This document shows, one piece after another, positions 63,558 to 64,000 of a stretch of 64,000 nucleotides of DNA. Source of the stretch: Monocercomonoides exilis PA203. Lineage: Eukaryota > Protista > Preaxostyla. The translations under genes and the position numbers were made by a program. The stretch is from NCBI GenBank assembly GCA_001643675.2, contig LSRY02000015.1, positions 1,736,001 through 1,800,000 of the forward strand, given 5' to 3'. The notes under the pieces were generated by a model, which was not told the DNA's origin, ran no database searches, and saw only the letters and a list, made by a program, of their open reading frames with translations. Position 1 is the first letter of the stretch. Each line of letters begins with the position of its first letter.

Positions 63558-64000
63558 TTCAAAAAAATATTTAGAAAAATGAAAAAAACAGATCCTCCCT
63601 TAATGATTAAAATTTCTGTGTGATCACAACACCCAGTAACAAAATCATCGGATGTGACTCTGTCACATTGCATTTGTTAAATCTAAATTGTTTGATATCG
63701 ATCTTTATGAACCTTTGCACATCTAATTCCATATGAGTGAATAAACTCGTACAAGTTCTAAAGAAATAAGAACTTGATTAATTTGACTGAGTCGCGAAAA
63801 TTTGACTAAGTCATATCGTTTTTTTCTTTTTTAACGAATTTTGCATATTTTTATCGAATTTCTTTCAATCTCACCAAGATCGAAAATGTGATTCTTATAA
63901 TCATAACATGTGATCGAACATTTTTTTGTTTTGTTGATATTTTTATTATCAAAAGTTCACAAACGTTGAATTCACAATATGGGAGATTATTTTTGGAATC

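Noticed and set aside
61618-63812. ACTTAGTCAA / TTGACTAAGT inverted match as TIRs of the Harbinger-like element
   Set aside because: Only ~10 bp match in AT-rich DNA and it does not extend convincingly.
1-64000. Genome-wide TAA/TAG-to-Gln reassignment
   Set aside because: Multi-kb ORFs contain no internal TAA/TAG, and DnaJ terminates at TAA directly after its CaaX-like motif.

Overview
Eukaryotic (protist) genomic DNA: AT-rich intergenic regions, short GT-AG introns, and an apparently standard code (DnaJ ends in CaaX-like CTIC followed by TAA). Gene style and the giant beta-helix/transmembrane/kinase-like family suggest an oxymonad such as Monocercomonoides; this is an inference, not a search result. 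Bases 1-25105 are a near-perfect inverted duplication (arms of at least 12.3 kb, 449-bp unique spacer). It holds two tail-to-tail copies of an intronless ~4125-aa receptor-like gene: 8 Cys-capped beta-helix-like modules, one transmembrane helix, and a pseudokinase with only a C-lobe. Bases 27.3-34.8 kb are a cluster of non-autonomous TIR elements: an ~840-bp foldback, two 267/268-bp MITEs each with its own 4-bp TSD, and a ~3.5-kb TIR-bounded element carrying a stop-interrupted paralogous fragment of the receptor family. Bases 34.8-53.8 kb are a housekeeping block (ALG14, Snapin-like, UBL-domain protein, Sgs1/BLM RecQ helicase, formin). Bases 54.8-63.6 kb hold DnaJA and an intron-containing tRNA-Tyr between two decayed intron-bearing pogo-like transposons, one with a 231-bp hairpin in its intron, followed by a PIF/Harbinger-ISL2EU-type transposase. 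Most frameshifts are 1-bp homopolymer indels and are probably sequencing errors.
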